A stretch of DNA of 64,000 bases from Chiloscyllium plagiosum (Eukaryota), in contig NC_057751.1 in the NCBI RefSeq assembly GCF_004010195.1, positions 14,809,561-14,873,560 of the forward strand, read 5' to 3'. Below, piece by piece: positions 25,096 to 38,429 of this stretch. Below the pieces are notes generated by a model. That model saw only the letters and a list, made by a program, of their open reading frames with translations, was not told where the DNA came from and searched no databases. Every line of letters begins with the position of its first letter. Within the stretch, counting starts at the first letter, position 1. The translations under genes and the position numbers were made by a program.

Positions 25096-26235
25096 TCCAA
25101 GCGTTGAGGCGTTGTGAACGGTTTGGTAGACTGTCGGATTTGAAAAGAATGTGGACCAGACAGAAAGGCGGCAGATGAAGTTCACCGCGGAGAAATGCGA
25201 GGGGAGAAAGACCACAGACGGACAACATGAACGAAGGGATGTGCTATCTGAGGGTGTGCAGGGGCAGACAAGCCTGGCTGTATGTATACATTAGGCATGA
25301 AAGGTACAATATTCCCAGCTCTGTTAATGGGGACAAGAGGAGGGAGGTGATGGAGAACTCATACATGACACTGTTAAGACAGAGGTGAGGAGGAAATCTT
25401 TGTTTCCTGAGGGAGGTGAATCTGTGGTATTCTTCATCGCCAAGGGCTGGGTCATTACCGGGACGAATATTCAAGGTTGAGTTCAATAGCTTTTGTTTTT
25501 AATCAGTAAGGGAATTAAAAGAAGCCAATGTAAGGAAAGCTTTGTCAGCCAGCAGGGAGTGAGGGTCTGGAAAGCACTGCCTGGAAGCAGCTTCAGTTGA
25601 GGCATTCACAAGGGTATTGGGTGGTTATGAAGACAGAGATGTTTTGTGCAGGGTTACAGGGAGAGGACGGGAGATTCATCGGGACACCCACCGTGGCCTG
25701 CCTTCTGTCCTGGAACGATGCAGTGATTCTGATTGGGTGGAACCTGGTTTATTGCGATCCCTGCCACCCAAGCACTCACTCCTTTGATTCGTGTCCTTCA
25801 TCCCTTTCTCATTTGCTGTTTTTTTTGCGGGAAGCCTGCGTTTGGTGAAGGCCGTGACACTCTGAAAGGGATCGGGTGAGACCGCCTAACTGTGATTGGG
25901 AGCTGGAACAGCAATTGCAGTGTCGTGGGATGAGACATCTGTTGTGTTACCTTTCACTCGGTCTTCAATGCTGCATTTTTCAGTTCGAACCTGGGCTCTC
26001 CGTCTGAGTTGTCGCTCCATTTTTTAAAAAAACCCTACAACAGTGAGACCCGCCGCCAGGGCCCCAGGGAGCGAAACCATTGCACTGGGAACTAGAACGT
26101 GTGAAATTCTGAACAAGCCCCTCAGGCGCTTTTGCCAATGTTACTGAAATCGTTTTGTGTCCTGCATACTGTCGCTTCTGTCTTTGTCTGGGTGCACTCT
26201 CAAGTTTGGCACTGTTCCTTCTCCCTTTTGCCTAG

Positions 26236-26325
26236 GTTGAAAGACTTCCTCAGCAAGCACGTACATTTGATGTGCTACAGGATTTGTGTGCGGGCGCTGA
26301 CTGCTATTATTCACTACCATGACAG
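26236..26325 (+). CDS. GPAT4: GPAT4 coding exon 5 (LKDFLSKHVHLMCYRICVRALTAIIHYHD)
   Basis: cctag| acceptor, |gtctgt donor; 90 nt. Confidence 0.96.
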
Positions 26326-27873
26326 GTCTGTGTGGTGCGCTGAATATGCAAGCTGCTTTTCATCGCGCGGCTGGTTCCTGCTTGATCAGGCCATCTCACT
26401 TTGGCATCAGAGATTGGCAGAAATGTCTTACATTGTACAGATAATTCCTCCCATGGCCCGGATTACAGCCTGTTTGAGTTGCAGATTTATATTTTCGTGT
26501 GGTTTCTAAATTAGGGATATTTTTATATAGAAATCAGCTGCCCCAGTTTACATTTTCCAGCTATGTATATCAGTTCCTCCTGAGAATAAACTGTCTCTGT
26601 GCCTGCCTCCTCTGCCCAGCATCTCCTGTTCTCTCAATCCCCCCCACCCCAACTCCGCACTGCTGCACACACACACTCACTCACTCACTCTCCCCACCTC
26701 CTCACTCGCTCCCGCCCTCTCTTTCCCGTTCTCTCCCCACTCACTCCCTCTGCCAACCACCTCCCCATCCTGACCTCCCTCACTCACCTTGTCCCTCTCC
26801 CAACTCCCACACACTCACTCCTTTCCTCTCCCGTCCCCCNNNNNNNNNNNNNNNNNNNNNNNNNNNNNNNNNNNNNNNNNNNNNNNNNNNNNNNNNNNNN
26901 NNNNNNNNNNNNNNNNNNNNNNNNNNNNNNNNNNNNNNNNNNNNNNNNNNNNNNNNNNNNNNNNNNNNNNNNNNNNNNNNNNNNNNNNNNNNNNNNNNNN
27001 NNNNNNNNNNNNNNNNNNNNNNNNNNNNNNNNNNNNNNNNNNNNNNNNNNNNNNNNNNNNNNNNNNNNNNNNNNNNNNNNNNNNNNNNNNNNNNNNNNNN
27101 NNNNNNNNNNNNNNNNNNNNNNNNNNNNNNNNNNNNNNNNNNNNNNNNNNNNNNNNNNNNNNNNNNNNNTCACTCCCTCCCTCTCCGGATCCCCTCATTC
27201 CTTCCCACTCCGGGTCCCCTCACTCCCTCCCTCTCTGGACCCCCTCACACCTTCCCACCTCCCTCCCCCTGCTCTCTTTGAGGAGAGTGTAGATGTGAGA
27301 GATGTGGAATGATTTTTACCGGGTTTGGTTTGAATTAGCTATACGTTTGAGGTCAGGAATGCAACCCCCGCCCCCCCCGGCCGTTTCGTGGTTCCTTATG
27401 GGACTGAGCAGGGAGTCCACTACTTGTAGTGAGTTCGATACAATCAAAACCCCACAAGGGCAGCAGCATTGGATCAGATAACTTCTCGAACACGAGGAGG
27501 CGAAACATTCGCACAGCTGAGAGAAAGCTGGGTGCAGGAGGAGAGGAAATTGGGACAGGAGGAGGTGATTTGGGCTTGTCAAGTCTGCTTCACTATTCAT
27601 CCCCTGGATGGTCTTGGCCATCTGCTCCCCATGGTCACCTGATTGCCCGAGACCAAGGTCTGTCCTTCCCCGTCTTACGTATAATCAGCACGAGAGCACT
27701 GACCATCCTCACTCCCCGAGTGAGGCACTCTCCTCCCCGTCCCTTTTCCCTCCTTCACTCCTGACTACTGTCTGAGCCTTGCCCACTTGGAAACATTAAA
27801 TTCGACAGGTTTTCCAGGCTTCGGACTCTGGGAGAACTTATTAATTATTCCTCCTCTTCCTGTTCCCCGGCAG

Positions 27874-27967
27874 TGAGAACAGGCCCAAAAACGGAGGCAT
27901 TTGTGTCGCCAACCACACCTCCCCCATCGATGTCATCATCCTGGCCAGTGACGGCTTCTACGCTATG
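27874..27967 (+). CDS. GPAT4: GPAT4 coding exon 6 (ENRPKNGGICVANHTSPIDVIILASDGFYAM), catalytic HxxxxD motif
   Basis: ggcag| acceptor, |gtgagt donor; 94 nt; NHTSPID acyltransferase motif I. Confidence 0.97.
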
Positions 27968-28577
27968 GTGAGTGCCTTGTAAAAGCTGGCCCTCGCACTC
28001 CTTCTGTGAGAAGGAAGCCAGACTTCGTACGGTGACGTCTCTCGGGCAGTCCTTGAATTTTCTGTTGTCTTTTAAGCGCGCATTTTATCGCCCTCGAATG
28101 ATGGTGCGATTCGGTCACCTTCGACCAGCCAGTCTTATTAAAGGTGTAAAGATACCACAGCCCTTCCGGAACACAGGGCTGCTGTCTCATTAGAGAGAGG
28201 CGACTGGTGGTGCTTTAACCCAAGGGTCATCGCACCTCCGGTGAGGGGAGAGGTTGTGAGGGAGAGTCCTTTGTGGTAACCTCAGTTAGTGATGGTCAGA
28301 AATAAACACCAAACGAGACTGATCGCAGATCCCAGCACCTGGCCCACAGCCGTGTCTACCTTGGCATTGCGAATGTGCGTTTAAACGTCTCTTCAATGGG
28401 ATAAGAGTTTCTGCCTCTCCCACCCTGAGAGGCAGTGAGTTCCATCCTCTGGGTGAACCAAGTTTTCCCTGCATCTTCCTCCTGCCCCTTCCCTTCAGTC
28501 TGTGGCCCTGGTCATTCCGTCACGGGGAAATGTTTCTTCCTATCCACACTCTCAAAATCCCTCATAATTTTAGACAT

Positions 28578-28868
28578 TTGGCACAGTGGCTCAGTGGTTA
28601 GCACTGCTGTCTCACAGCACCAGGGACCTGGGTTCAATTCCAGCCTCAGGGTGACTGTGTGGAGTTTGCACATTCTCCTCGTGTGTTTCCTCCGGGTGCT
28701 CTGGTTTCCTCTCACAGTCCAAAGACGTGCAGATCAGGTGAAGTGGCCATGCTAAATTGCCCGTAATGTTAGGTGTATTACTCAGAGGGAAATGGGTCGG
28801 TGTGGACTGGTTGGGCCGAAGGGCCTGTTTCCACACTGTAGGGAATCTAATCTAAAAAATCTAATCTC
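28578..28868 (+). mobile_element. HE1-type V-SINE
   Basis: Head, V domain, (aatct)n tail; inside a degenerate minus-strand LINE 3' fragment (~28300-29590). Confidence 0.88.
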
Positions 28869-28922
28869 AATCATGTCGCCTGTGGTCCTCTGTGTTCCAT
28901 GGAGTCTGTACCATCTCTTTGT

Positions 28923-29231
28923 GGGCGGCACGGTGGCACAGTGGTTAGCACTGCTGCCTCACAGCGCCAGAGACCCGGGTTCAATTCCCGCCTCAGGCGA
29001 CTGACTGTGTGGAGTTTGCACGTTCTCCCCGTGTCTGCGTGGGTTTCCTCTGGGTGCTCCGGTTTCCTCCCACAGTCCAAAGATGTGCAGGTCAGGTGAA
29101 TTGGCCATACTAAATTGCCCATAGTGTTAGGTAAGGGGTAAATGTAGGGGAATGGGTGGGTTGCGCTTCGGCGGGTCGGTGTGGACTTGTTGGGCCGAGG
29201 GCCTGTTTCCACACTGTAAGTAATCTAATCT
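28923..29231 (+). mobile_element. Full-length HE1-type V-SINE
   Basis: ggcggcacggtggcacagtggttagc head; tctttgt present at both flanks. Confidence 0.92.
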
Positions 29232-29729
29232 TTGTTGAAACTTTCCAGCCCAGGCAACATCCTGGTTAATCTCCTGTGCACCCCCCCCCCACCTTCCAAT
29301 GCAATCGCATCTCTCCGATAATGTGGATTCCAGAACTGCACACATTACTCTCGCCTGACCAGCGTTTTTATACAGTTCCAACATGACCTGCCTGCTCCTG
29401 AACTCAGTCTCCACTCAGGTGGGCAGGTATCCCATCTTCCATCTTCCCCGCTCCATCTACCTGTGCTGGTGCCTTCAGGATTATGTGGAGATGCACACCA
29501 AGGTGGCTGTGAAGTTGCTGGGGGTCCTGCTGTACAGTGTGGGCTTCCTTCCCTTGGTTAATCCTGCCAAAACACCTCACCTCACATTTNNNNNNNNNNN
29601 NNNNNNNNNNNNNNNNNNNNNNNNNNNNNNNNNNNNNNNNNNNNNNNNNNNNNNNNNNNNNNNNNNNNNNNNNNNNNNNNNNNNNNNNNNNNNNNNNNNN
29701 NNNNNNNNNNNNNNNNNNNNNNNNNNNNN

Positions 29730-29990
29730 CAACGCCCTCTTGACCCGTCCATCACTCCCTCTCTGACCTATCACCTTCTCCCTCACCTTCAGCCACCGAT
29801 CGCTTTCTCAGCTACCTCTTCCCTCCACCCCCCTCCCATTTACCTCTCAGCCCCCCCGGCCCACAAGCCTCATTCCTGACGAAGGCCTGATGCCCGAAAG
29901 GTGGATTCTCCTGCCCCTCGGATGTTGCCTGACCTGCTGTACTCTCGGCTCTGATAGTCCAGCATCTGCAGTCCTCGCTTTTTCCTTTGG
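29730..29990 (+). mobile_element. Penelope-like 3' terminal fragment with a degenerate hammerhead motif
   Basis: cctgacgaaggcctgatgcccgaaag..ctcggatgttgcctgacctgctg..cagcatctgcagtcctc, homologous to the copies at 61.4 and 62.3 kb. Confidence 0.75.
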
Positions 29991-30413
29991 TCAGTCGACC
30001 TCGACACCTTGTCAAAGACCAACTGAAGTCCACAAGGACCACGTCAAGAAACCTCATCGACTCAGTTACTCAAAGTCCAATCCAATTTATTCAGCAAGAG
30101 ATGAAGGAAACACTTTTTACAAAACTGTACTGACAATCCTTCACACATCTTTGCCTCTCCAAGTGGATGTAGATTCTGTCTGGCAGACTTGTCCCCAATC
30201 ATTTCCTGACCACAGATGTTGGTCTCACTGGTCGGTACACTTCCTGCTTTACCCCAACTGCCCTTCTTTCTGAAATAGACGCCACTCGAGAAGAGAGGGT
30301 TATTTGTCGTGACTCAGCGTGTAACGTGATTTGGGGGACAGAGCAAAGTTGGGAGCCACACCAGATGAGAACCTTGCTTGGGACTAATGCTGACCCTCTG
30401 TGTGTTTTAATAG

Positions 30414-30529
30414 GTTGGCCAGATTCATGGAGGGCTGATGGGAGTCATTCAGAGAGCCATGGTCAAAGCTTGTCCTCATATCTGGTTCGAAAGGTCAGAG
30501 GTCCGAGATCGCAACCTCGTCGCACGAAG
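30414..30529 (+). CDS. GPAT4: GPAT4 coding exon 7 (VGQIHGGLMGVIQRAMVKACPHIWFERSEVRDRNLVAR)
   Basis: taatag| acceptor, |gtgaga donor; 116 nt; motif II (WFER). Confidence 0.97.
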
Positions 30530-30829
30530 GTGAGAACCAAGGAAGAATGATTCCAGAGGTTTGATTACTGTCTCATCCTTCCGGCTCCTTGTTGGGATAG
30601 CATTATCCATGGAGTGCAGAGTAAAATCTTGACGAAGCTCTCCCATTGGGATCTGGGAGATGGGGACTGACTAAAAAAAAATTCACTTCCTTTTGAATGT
30701 GTCTGAGATCTGACTGGCCCACACCATGGTCATCAGCTGGATGGAAATGCTTGAGAAACTCGACACTGTCCAGGGACAAAATAGCTCCCATTTGATTGTC
30801 CCTACATCCACTCCCTCCACCCCCCCCGA

Positions 30830-31185
30830 TGCTCAGTAGCAGCAGTGTGTAGTGTCTACAAGATGCACTGCGGCAACTCACCAAGGCTCCTCAGACAGCA
30901 CCTTCCAAACCCCACGGCCGTTTCCGTCTGGAAGGGCAAGGGGCAGCAGAGACATGGGAACACCACCCCCTGCAAGTTCCCCTCTGGGGCCCTCACCGTC
31001 CGCGAGTCAGAAATATATCGGTCGTCCCTTCAGGGTCAGAATCCTGGGACTCCCTCCCTCAGGGCGCAGTGTGTGGGGGGTCCCTCCACCACACGGCACT
31101 GCAGCGGTTCAAGATGGCAGCTCACCCCCCCCACCTTCACAACGGGGGCGGTTGGGGGTTTGGGGAATAAATGCTGACCGAGCCA
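30830..31185 (+). mobile_element. 3' end of an unclassified LINE-like repeat
   Basis: gggcagcagagacatgggaacaccaccccctgcaagttcccctc; a related fragment lies at ~46150-46220. Confidence 0.5.
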
Positions 31186-31278
31186 GCAGTCATGACATTG
31201 CAAGAGCCAAAACAGCGAGGAGAATGCGCATGGTTATCTCTCACCCGAAGGCCAACCCTGCTTGTTTTGTATTTATAG

Positions 31279-31334
31279 GCTGAGCGAACATGTGAGAGAC
31301 CAGGCCAAGCTCCCAATCCTGATTTTCCCAGAAG
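31279..31334 (+). CDS. GPAT4: GPAT4 coding exon 8 (LSEHVRDQAKLPILIFPE)
   Basis: ttatag| acceptor, |gtacgt donor; 56 nt; first part of motif III FPEGT. Confidence 0.96.
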
Positions 31335-33900
31335 GTACGTGCTGGTGCTCTGACCGGTTTGGTACCACGGGCTGTCTCCTGTTGGCAGCAGCCGGTAATG
31401 GGACGTGACGATAAACGACACTGTGAACTGATAGACTGCTTTGAAGCCTGCGTGGGGAAGGAGAGGCAGTTGCAAAGCTGTGCAGACCAGAATTTCCCCA
31501 ATTGGATTCCTGTCCAGTGCTCAGTGTCGTGCTGCATGCCTGAGCTGCCTTGGGTCCGAATGACCCTGGCAGGGTGGTCTCTGAACCTTGGGTGTGTTGT
31601 GAGGGGGTCAGTGCAGTGGGCACACAGGTGTCAGATGCAGTTTAATGCTGTGAGAGAGAGAGAGAGAGAGAGATGGGTGAAAGCGAGGGAGGGAGAATGA
31701 GGAGAGGCAGTACGAAACCCAGGGCACAACTTTCCAAGGGGGAGTGGAAAGATGTCCAAGAATATTTCTGAAAGCAGACGGCATGATGCACAGGGACATG
31801 GGATAGCGCGAGGAAGGAGGTGATGTTCAATTCCTGGCAGACACGAGTTCAGCCACAACTGGAAGACTGCGCCCAGTTGCAAGCAGCGCACATGAGGAAA
31901 GCATGTCCACAGAGGTGACTGACGAGGATGGTGCCAGAGATGAGCGACTGCAGTTGGTTGGAGAGGTTGGCACCACTGGGGACCACATTACTCGGAAGAA
32001 GTTGAGTGCAGAGTCGATCGGGGCCTTCAGTATCTGGAAGGGGTCAGGACAGAGTCGATCGGGGCCTTCGGTATCTGGAAGGGGTCAGGACAGAGTCGAT
32101 TGAGGGGTGGTGTTGGAATCATGAAAAGGTGCACTCGCGAGAGGATTTTAGCACTGGGGACGGGAGGGAGAAATACCTTCAGACAATTCCCCACCTGGGA
32201 GTGCACGGGGGCGGGGGGGGAAACGCAGGTTCAACCAAGGCTTTCGGGGAGGGAGTCCAATAATGCCCTGAGTCGGCAGAATGTATGGCAGAAGAGTAGG
32301 GAGAAGGTGGGGTAGGGGAGGGGGTGGGGTGACGTTGGGTCAAGCGCTGATTCCAAGTGCCAGCACGCAGTCACAATGACTGAATGGCCACCCTTGTGTG
32401 CTGTACCCATGTAGCGATGCATATGCAGTGAGCCAGCCCTGCTGGAGAGACCAGCTCTCGCTGGCGTTTATCTGTCCTGATTCAGCCTTTTATGAATTGT
32501 TTGTTTGAGTGTCTGAGACTGATGAAGCAGGGCTCCCCTGTACACGTGGTCAGAGCTGAGTACGGATGGCAATAGCTGGCTTCGTTACGACGCCATCTCT
32601 GATGGGAGCCATTCCCTGCACAGTCTGGGCTCTGTAGCGAGGGTTGTTATTGAACTCACACCCAAGGCCAGCGACACGAGGAAACCAGGCTGTTAGGAAA
32701 TGCAAGGTTACAGCTGCCCTCCCAGCCTGATGGGAGGGTGCTGCTGCTGCTGCTGGTGCTGAGCTGGCTGCTTTTGGGGTGTGATTCCCACATGGACAGC
32801 GGAGGGTGTTTGTGTGTCACTCCTGGTGTCAGGCTGGTGATGGACCTGCCCAGGTGGTGCAGTGCTGCCTGAGCTGTCCAACTGCAGCCTGCTAAAATCC
32901 ACTGCTAATACAGCTCTCTGTCGGTGCGCACAAACCATCTGGAGAGAGACTCTCTGAGATTGCCCGATGGTGGAGCTGTGAAAATCTCTGTGAAAGGACT
33001 AGCCTTTGTACAGACTCTCTGCTGAGTGATTGACGGCTGCGGCTGGAGAGCGTTTTTCAATGGGAAATTGGTGACCTCCCCATCCCGCGATTTCCTATTC
33101 TCCCTCCTTCCCTCAAATGGCTGCCTGGCACTGAGGTCCAGCTCCTCCCAGTGAAAGCAGACTCCCCCAGCACTGATGGAGGCTTTCAGCTGAGGATGGC
33201 AGAGGGTCTCGCATAGGCAGACACAGCCTCCCAGTGCCTGACTCCAAGAGCAGGGACTCTCCCCTCCAGGACTCTGGCCCCTGCCTGGACTCAACACACA
33301 CTGTTGGCAGAGCGAGGGCCGTGATCTCAGCTGGGACTGGGGTGACAGTACACACGGGGCTGTTTCACCACCGGTCTCACCTCGGTCCCACATTTACCAG
33401 CATCCAGAATCAGAGCAGATGCCGTCCATTCGGCTCCTCCGAAAGGTCACTGCCCAGCTGTTCCTTTATCGATTCCACATTTCCGTCTCCTCAATAGCCC
33501 CAATGCTGGACCTGCCACTTGCCCCCACCTGCACTGCCTTCTGTTCCAGAGTCTCTCAACCCTCCGAGCGAGGGGGAGGGGGGTGTGTGTGTGTGTGTGT
33601 GTCTGTCCTGAAAGGTCAGGCCCCAGTACTGCACTCCAGTACAAAAGGAAACCTCTTCCCACCTTTCAGCACCCTTCATTTCTTGTTTCACAATGAACAT
33701 TGGCACTCTCTCTGGGCTAACTGCTGCCTGCAGAAGTGAATTCAACAGCCTGTTCATGCGGACACGTTTCTTGCCGTCTGACATTTGATATGTTCCCTCA
33801 GCTCAGTAACTGCTGCTGCCAGCCGGCCTGCACCATCAGGGAGTTCAGCACTGAGGCAGCTCAATCTCACCCCATGTCTCCCTGAATCCGTGCATCACTT

Positions 33901-34548
33901 AGAGTCATAGAAGTGTACAGCATGGAAACAGACCCTTCGGTCCAACCCGTCCATGTTGTCCCAGATATCCCAACCCAATCTAGTCCCACCTGCCAGCACC
34001 CGGCCCATATCCCTCCAAACCCTTCCTATTCATATACCCATCCAGATGCCTCTTAAATGCTGTAATTGTACCAGCCTCCACCACATCCTCTGGCAGCTCA
34101 TTCCATACACGTACCACCCTCTGGGTGAAAACGTTGCCCCTTGGGTCCCTTTTATATCTTTCCCCTCTCACCCTAAACCTATGCCCTCTAGGTCTGAACT
34201 CCCCGATCCCAGGCAAAAGACTTTGTCTATTTACCCAATCCATGCCCCTCATAATTTTGTAAACCTCTATAAGGTCACCTCCTGTACATCCGCAACATGA
34301 CCTCCCAACTCCTATACTCAATACTCTGACCAATAAAGGAAAGCATACCAAACGCCTTCTTCACTATCCTATCTACCTGCGACTCCACTTTCAAGGAGCT
34401 AAGAACCTCCACTCCAAGGTCTCTTTGTTCAGCAACACTCCCTCGTGTACAAGTCCTGCTAAGATTTGTTTTCCCAAAATGCAGCCCCTCGCATTTATCT
34501 GAATTAAACTCCATCTGCCACTTCTCAGCCCATTGGCCTATCTGGTCT
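33901..34548 (-). mobile_element. CR1/HER1 3' end with an internal deletion near 34280
   Basis: MEFNSDKCEGLHFG..QRDLGV and GDLIEVYKIMRG..VWNELPE motifs joined with the intervening segment missing. Confidence 0.88.
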
Positions 34549-34727
34549 TGCAGTCTTCCTCCTGATATTCTTTGAACGTTTCAGTCTGTGAATTCCCCGG
34601 ACTTGTCCAGAGTCAGTCTCTGTCTGCTGTGGGTCACTTCATGTTTTGCAAGAAGCCAGTCCCTGTCCTGGGTTAGCACCTTGCAGTCATGCCTGGACTG
34701 GACTGGACTTGAACCTGGCCAGGCGAT

Positions 34728-34835
34728 AGTGAGGACTGCGGATGCCGGAGGGTCAGAGCAGCGAGAGTGCGGCGCTGGAAAAGCACAGCAGGTCAGGTAG
34801 CATCCGAGGAGCAGGGGAGTCGACATTTCGGGCAG
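34728..34835 (-). mobile_element. Short Penelope-like terminal fragment
   Basis: gtgaggactgcggatgc..gctggaaaagcacagcaggtcaggtagcatccgaggagcagg, ending in hammerhead stem II. Confidence 0.75.
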
Positions 34836-35073
34836 GACACAGCTGACAGCACAGAAGGGGGGGTCTTGCGCGAGTCAGAAATATTTTGAGGGTAAAGGTC
34901 AGAGTGCAGAAAGCGCTGAGAGTGACAAGGAATGAGGGAACTCTGTTTCAGGGGGAGCTGGGTACAGAAGGACTGTTCTCCTTGCTTCGAGGGTGAGGTT
35001 TCAATACAGTGAGGGGTCAAGAACGAGAAGTCACTGTCAACACAGTAAACACCAAACAACATGAGTGCAGAAA

Positions 35074-35240
35074 GAAACACAGTTAACGTTTTGGAGTCTG
35101 GTATGACTCCTGGGTTGGTGTCATACTGGATTTGAACTGTTAACTCTGTTTTTCCCCCAGATACAGCCAGACCTGCCGAGTGCCTCCAACACTTGGCACC
35201 TTTGTTTCAGATTTCCAGCGTCCTGGGGATTTTGCTTTAG
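35074..35240 (+). mobile_element. Second-family Penelope-like tail with a 5' inverted duplication
   Basis: Imperfect inverted repeat 35074-35107/35120-35154 followed by ccagacctgccgagt..tttcagatttccagc. Confidence 0.5.
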
Positions 35241-36136
35241 CTGAAGGTCAGGGATTGGAGATAACTTACAAAGGAACCAAGGCGGGAGATCAGATCTATT
35301 TGTGGCTCAGTCAGCCTGTGCTGATGATCTGGCATTCACTGTGGAAAGGCTGACTGGTCAGTGTTGAACATGAGCTTCCCTCAGCAACGGAGTATTTACA
35401 GTGTTCCTGGCAGGGAGCAGAAATGGCATTGGGTGGTTCCTTCACAGGGCTAGCATGGGCAGAATGGCTATGACTGTATGGGTCCGTGTTTGTGGTAAGA
35501 GACTGTTGCGAGAGTACGTACAGAGCCTCAGTAAGTACTGATGCAGTATTATGGATTCTGTATTATGGGTGGTCCAGCTTGGTTTATTTTCCCACCTCCT
35601 CTCCAGGGTTCACTGGCCGGTAATCCCTCCCTGGCTTAAACTGGAACGTCTCTGTTCAGGTGTAGCCTCCCTGGGAGAATGTCATTTCACAGGACGATAC
35701 TCCCTTCAGAAGCTGTGTGATGGGGAAGGAGTGATTTAGCCGAGGGCAGCACAGATTCAGTTGGGACACACGTAATCTCCACAACGGTGTCTGATCGTAA
35801 TGAAGACAGTTTGACACCCGAGATCTCGGGCGTAAGTGAATTCAGGTTGCCGCACGATTCCTTGTTTGAAAAGGAGCCACAAGGAAACGAAAGACAATAT
35901 GGATTTTGATGAGCTGAAACAGAGACCGTGCACCCAGATGATCGTGCCTCAGGCAGTGTTTGCTCACGAGCTGTATGTACAGAGAGAGAGAGAGAGAATG
36001 AAAAGCAACAGAACGCCAAGCCTCCTGCGCACTGGGTAGATGGGGTCATGGAAAATGTAATCAGTGTGTTAGTTGGGATGGGAGGTCTTTGCTGACTTGT
36101 GTGTTGTGCTGCCTGACTGGGTGTCTGTCTCTGCAG

Positions 36137-36222
36137 GAACATGTATCAATAACACCTCGGTGATGATGTTTAAGAAGGGAAGCTTTGAGATTGGAGCCAC
36201 AGTTTACCCTGTCGCCATTAAG
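36137..36222 (+). CDS. GPAT4: GPAT4 coding exon 9 (GTCINNTSVMMFKKGSFEIGATVYPVAIK)
   Basis: ctgcag| acceptor, |gtaaga donor; 86 nt; motif IV YPVAI. Confidence 0.97.
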
Positions 36223-37234
36223 GTAAGAGCATGACTGGGCCCATCACAGCTCTCGTCCTTCAACTCGGCCTTTGTGGAGTCTCTGGGCCAATACTCCTGG
36301 GTTTTCTCATCAGTCCCTGTGCAGGAGGATGAGCACTATTCTTCTTCCTGCTCCCCACTCCCCCTCGCCCCTGCCCCNNNNNNNNNNNNNNNNNNNNNNN
36401 NNNNNNNNNNNNNNNNNNNNNNNNNNNNNNNNNNNNNNNNNNNNNNNNNNNNNNNNNNNNNNNNNNNNNNNNNNNNNNNNNNNNNNNNNNNNNNNNNNNN
36501 NNNNNNNNNNNNNNNNNNNNNNNNNNNNNNNNNNNNNNNNNNNNNNNNNNNNNNNNNNNNNNNNNNNNNNNNNNNNNNNNNNNNNNNNNNNNNNNNNNNN
36601 NNNNNNNNNNNNNNNNNNNNNNNNNNNNNNNNNNNNNNNNNNNNNNNNNNNNNNNNNNNNNNNNNNNNNNNNNNNNNNNNNNNNNNNNNNNNNNNNNNNN
36701 NNNNNNNNNNNNNNNNNNNNNNNNNNNNNNNNNNNNNNNNNNNNNNNNNNNNNNNNNNNNNNNNNNNNNNNNNNNNNNNNNNNNNNNNNNNNNNNNNNNN
36801 NNNNNNNNNNNNNNNNNNNNNNNNNNNNNNNNNNNNNNNNNNNNNNNNNNNNNNNNNNNNNNNNNNNNNNNNNNNNNNNNNNNNNNNNNNNNNNNNNNNN
36901 NNNNNNNNNNNNNNNNNNNNNNNNNNNNNNNNNNNNNNNNNNNNNNNNNNNNNNNNNNNNNNNNNNNNNNNNNNNNNNNNNNNNNNNNNNNNNNNNNNNN
37001 NNNNNNNNNNNNNNNNNNNNNNNNNNNNNNNNNNNNNNNNNNNNNNNNNNNNNNNNNNNNNNNNNNNNNNNNNNNNNNNNNNNNNNNNNNNNNNNNNNNN
37101 NNNNNNNNNNNNNNNNNNNNNNNNNNNNNNNNNNNNNNNNNNNNNNNNNNNNNNNNNNNNNNNNNNNNNNNNNNNNNNNNNNNNNNNNNNNNNNNNNNNN
37201 NNNNNNNNNTCCTCCTCTCTCCCCCCCCCTCCCC

Positions 37235-37470
37235 AGAGGGTCATCCATGTATGGAATGAATTTCCAGAGGAAGTGCTGGATGTTGGCACAGTAAAGTTTA
37301 AAAAACATTTGGATCAGTACATGAACAGGAAAGGTTTGATTCGGAGATGCCGGTGTTGGAAGGTTTGGAGGGATATGGGCCAGGAGCAGGAAGGTGGGGC
37401 TCGTTTAGTTTGGGATTGTGTTTGGCATGGACTGGTTGGGACCGAAGGGTGTGTTTCCTTGCTGTCTGAC
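37235..37470 (+). mobile_element. CR1 3' end
   Basis: QRVIHVWNEFPEEVLDVGTVKFKKHLDQYM. Confidence 0.8.
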
Positions 37471-37928
37471 CGAGTAAACCAGCTGTGAACTCCTTCCTTG
37501 TTCGAACTCGAAACCCCTTTGAGATGGTAGCAGCTGAGAGTGAGGAAAGTGTGTCTCAAATCTCGAGGCAGACAGAAACGCAGGGCTGCGGCTAAGAACC
37601 GAGAGCAGCAGCATTGGCTGAAGGCGATCCATGCTTTGACCATCAGTCGGTGCAGTTAGTTATTGTGCCCACAGGGTGGCAGTATTCTTCCAGTGCAGGC
37701 CTCTCCTCATTGGGTCAGCCCCTGAGCAGTGTCCAGGCTGTGGATGAAGGGCACCTCCAGTTCCCGCATCATGGGAGAGCTCTGTTGCTCTCACATTGGC
37801 TCACTTACACTGAGACCAGGAAAGGGAAAAGGAGCGACGTCTTGAACTCGCTGTCAGCTCTCTCTGGTGATTGTGACGATTGGGTGCACTGGTCCTTGAT
37901 GTGTCATTGTCCTTTTTCCTGTTGTCAG

Positions 37929-38057
37929 TATGATCCTCGGTTTGGAGAAGCATTTTGGAACAGCAGTAAGTACGGCATGGTGAACTACCTGCTCAGGATG
38001 ATGACAAGCTGGGCTGTGGTCTGCAGCGTGTGGTACCTGCCACCGATGACCCGCGAG
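37929..38057 (+). CDS. GPAT4: GPAT4 coding exon 10 (YDPRFGEAFWNSSKYGMV...LPPMTRE)
   Basis: tgtcag| acceptor, |gtaatc donor; 129 nt. Confidence 0.97.
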
Positions 38058-38087
38058 GTAATCCCTGCTTCACCTGTCTATCTGTAT

Positions 38088-38090
<3 letters not shown>

Positions 38091-38140
<50 letters not shown>

Positions 38141-38147
38141 CGCGCGT
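38091..38147. repeat. (TG)n(CG)n microsatellite
   Basis: Direct reading, ~35 nt downstream of the exon 10 donor. Confidence 0.92.
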
Positions 38148-38429
38148 AGTGGGACTGTGTCCTGACTGTGTGTGAGAGAATGGGACGAAGGCTGCTGCGC
38201 GGGGACAGAAACAGAATGCCAGTGTTTCATGTCTCCAAGTGCTTGACAGTCAGTGACCGACCTTGAAAGCTCCCACTAACGTCAGTCTGCTGGGTGACCA
38301 CATCGCCAGTTCATGCTGTTTTACACACGTGGATGCAATGATAAACGCTGACCGAAGCTCAGGAGAACTCTGGGCCCTGTTGGTGTGTGGGACTTGGACA
38401 CACAATGCCACCCTGAGAGATGGAGAATA

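Noticed and set aside
28923..28995. tRNA gene candidates at SINE heads
   Set aside because: These are tRNA-derived SINE heads continuing into the V domain and LINE-like tail, not stand-alone tRNAs
32009..32100. 41-bp direct repeat, ~2.2 copies
   Set aside because: Local slippage duplication within decayed LINE-like sequence; no sign of function
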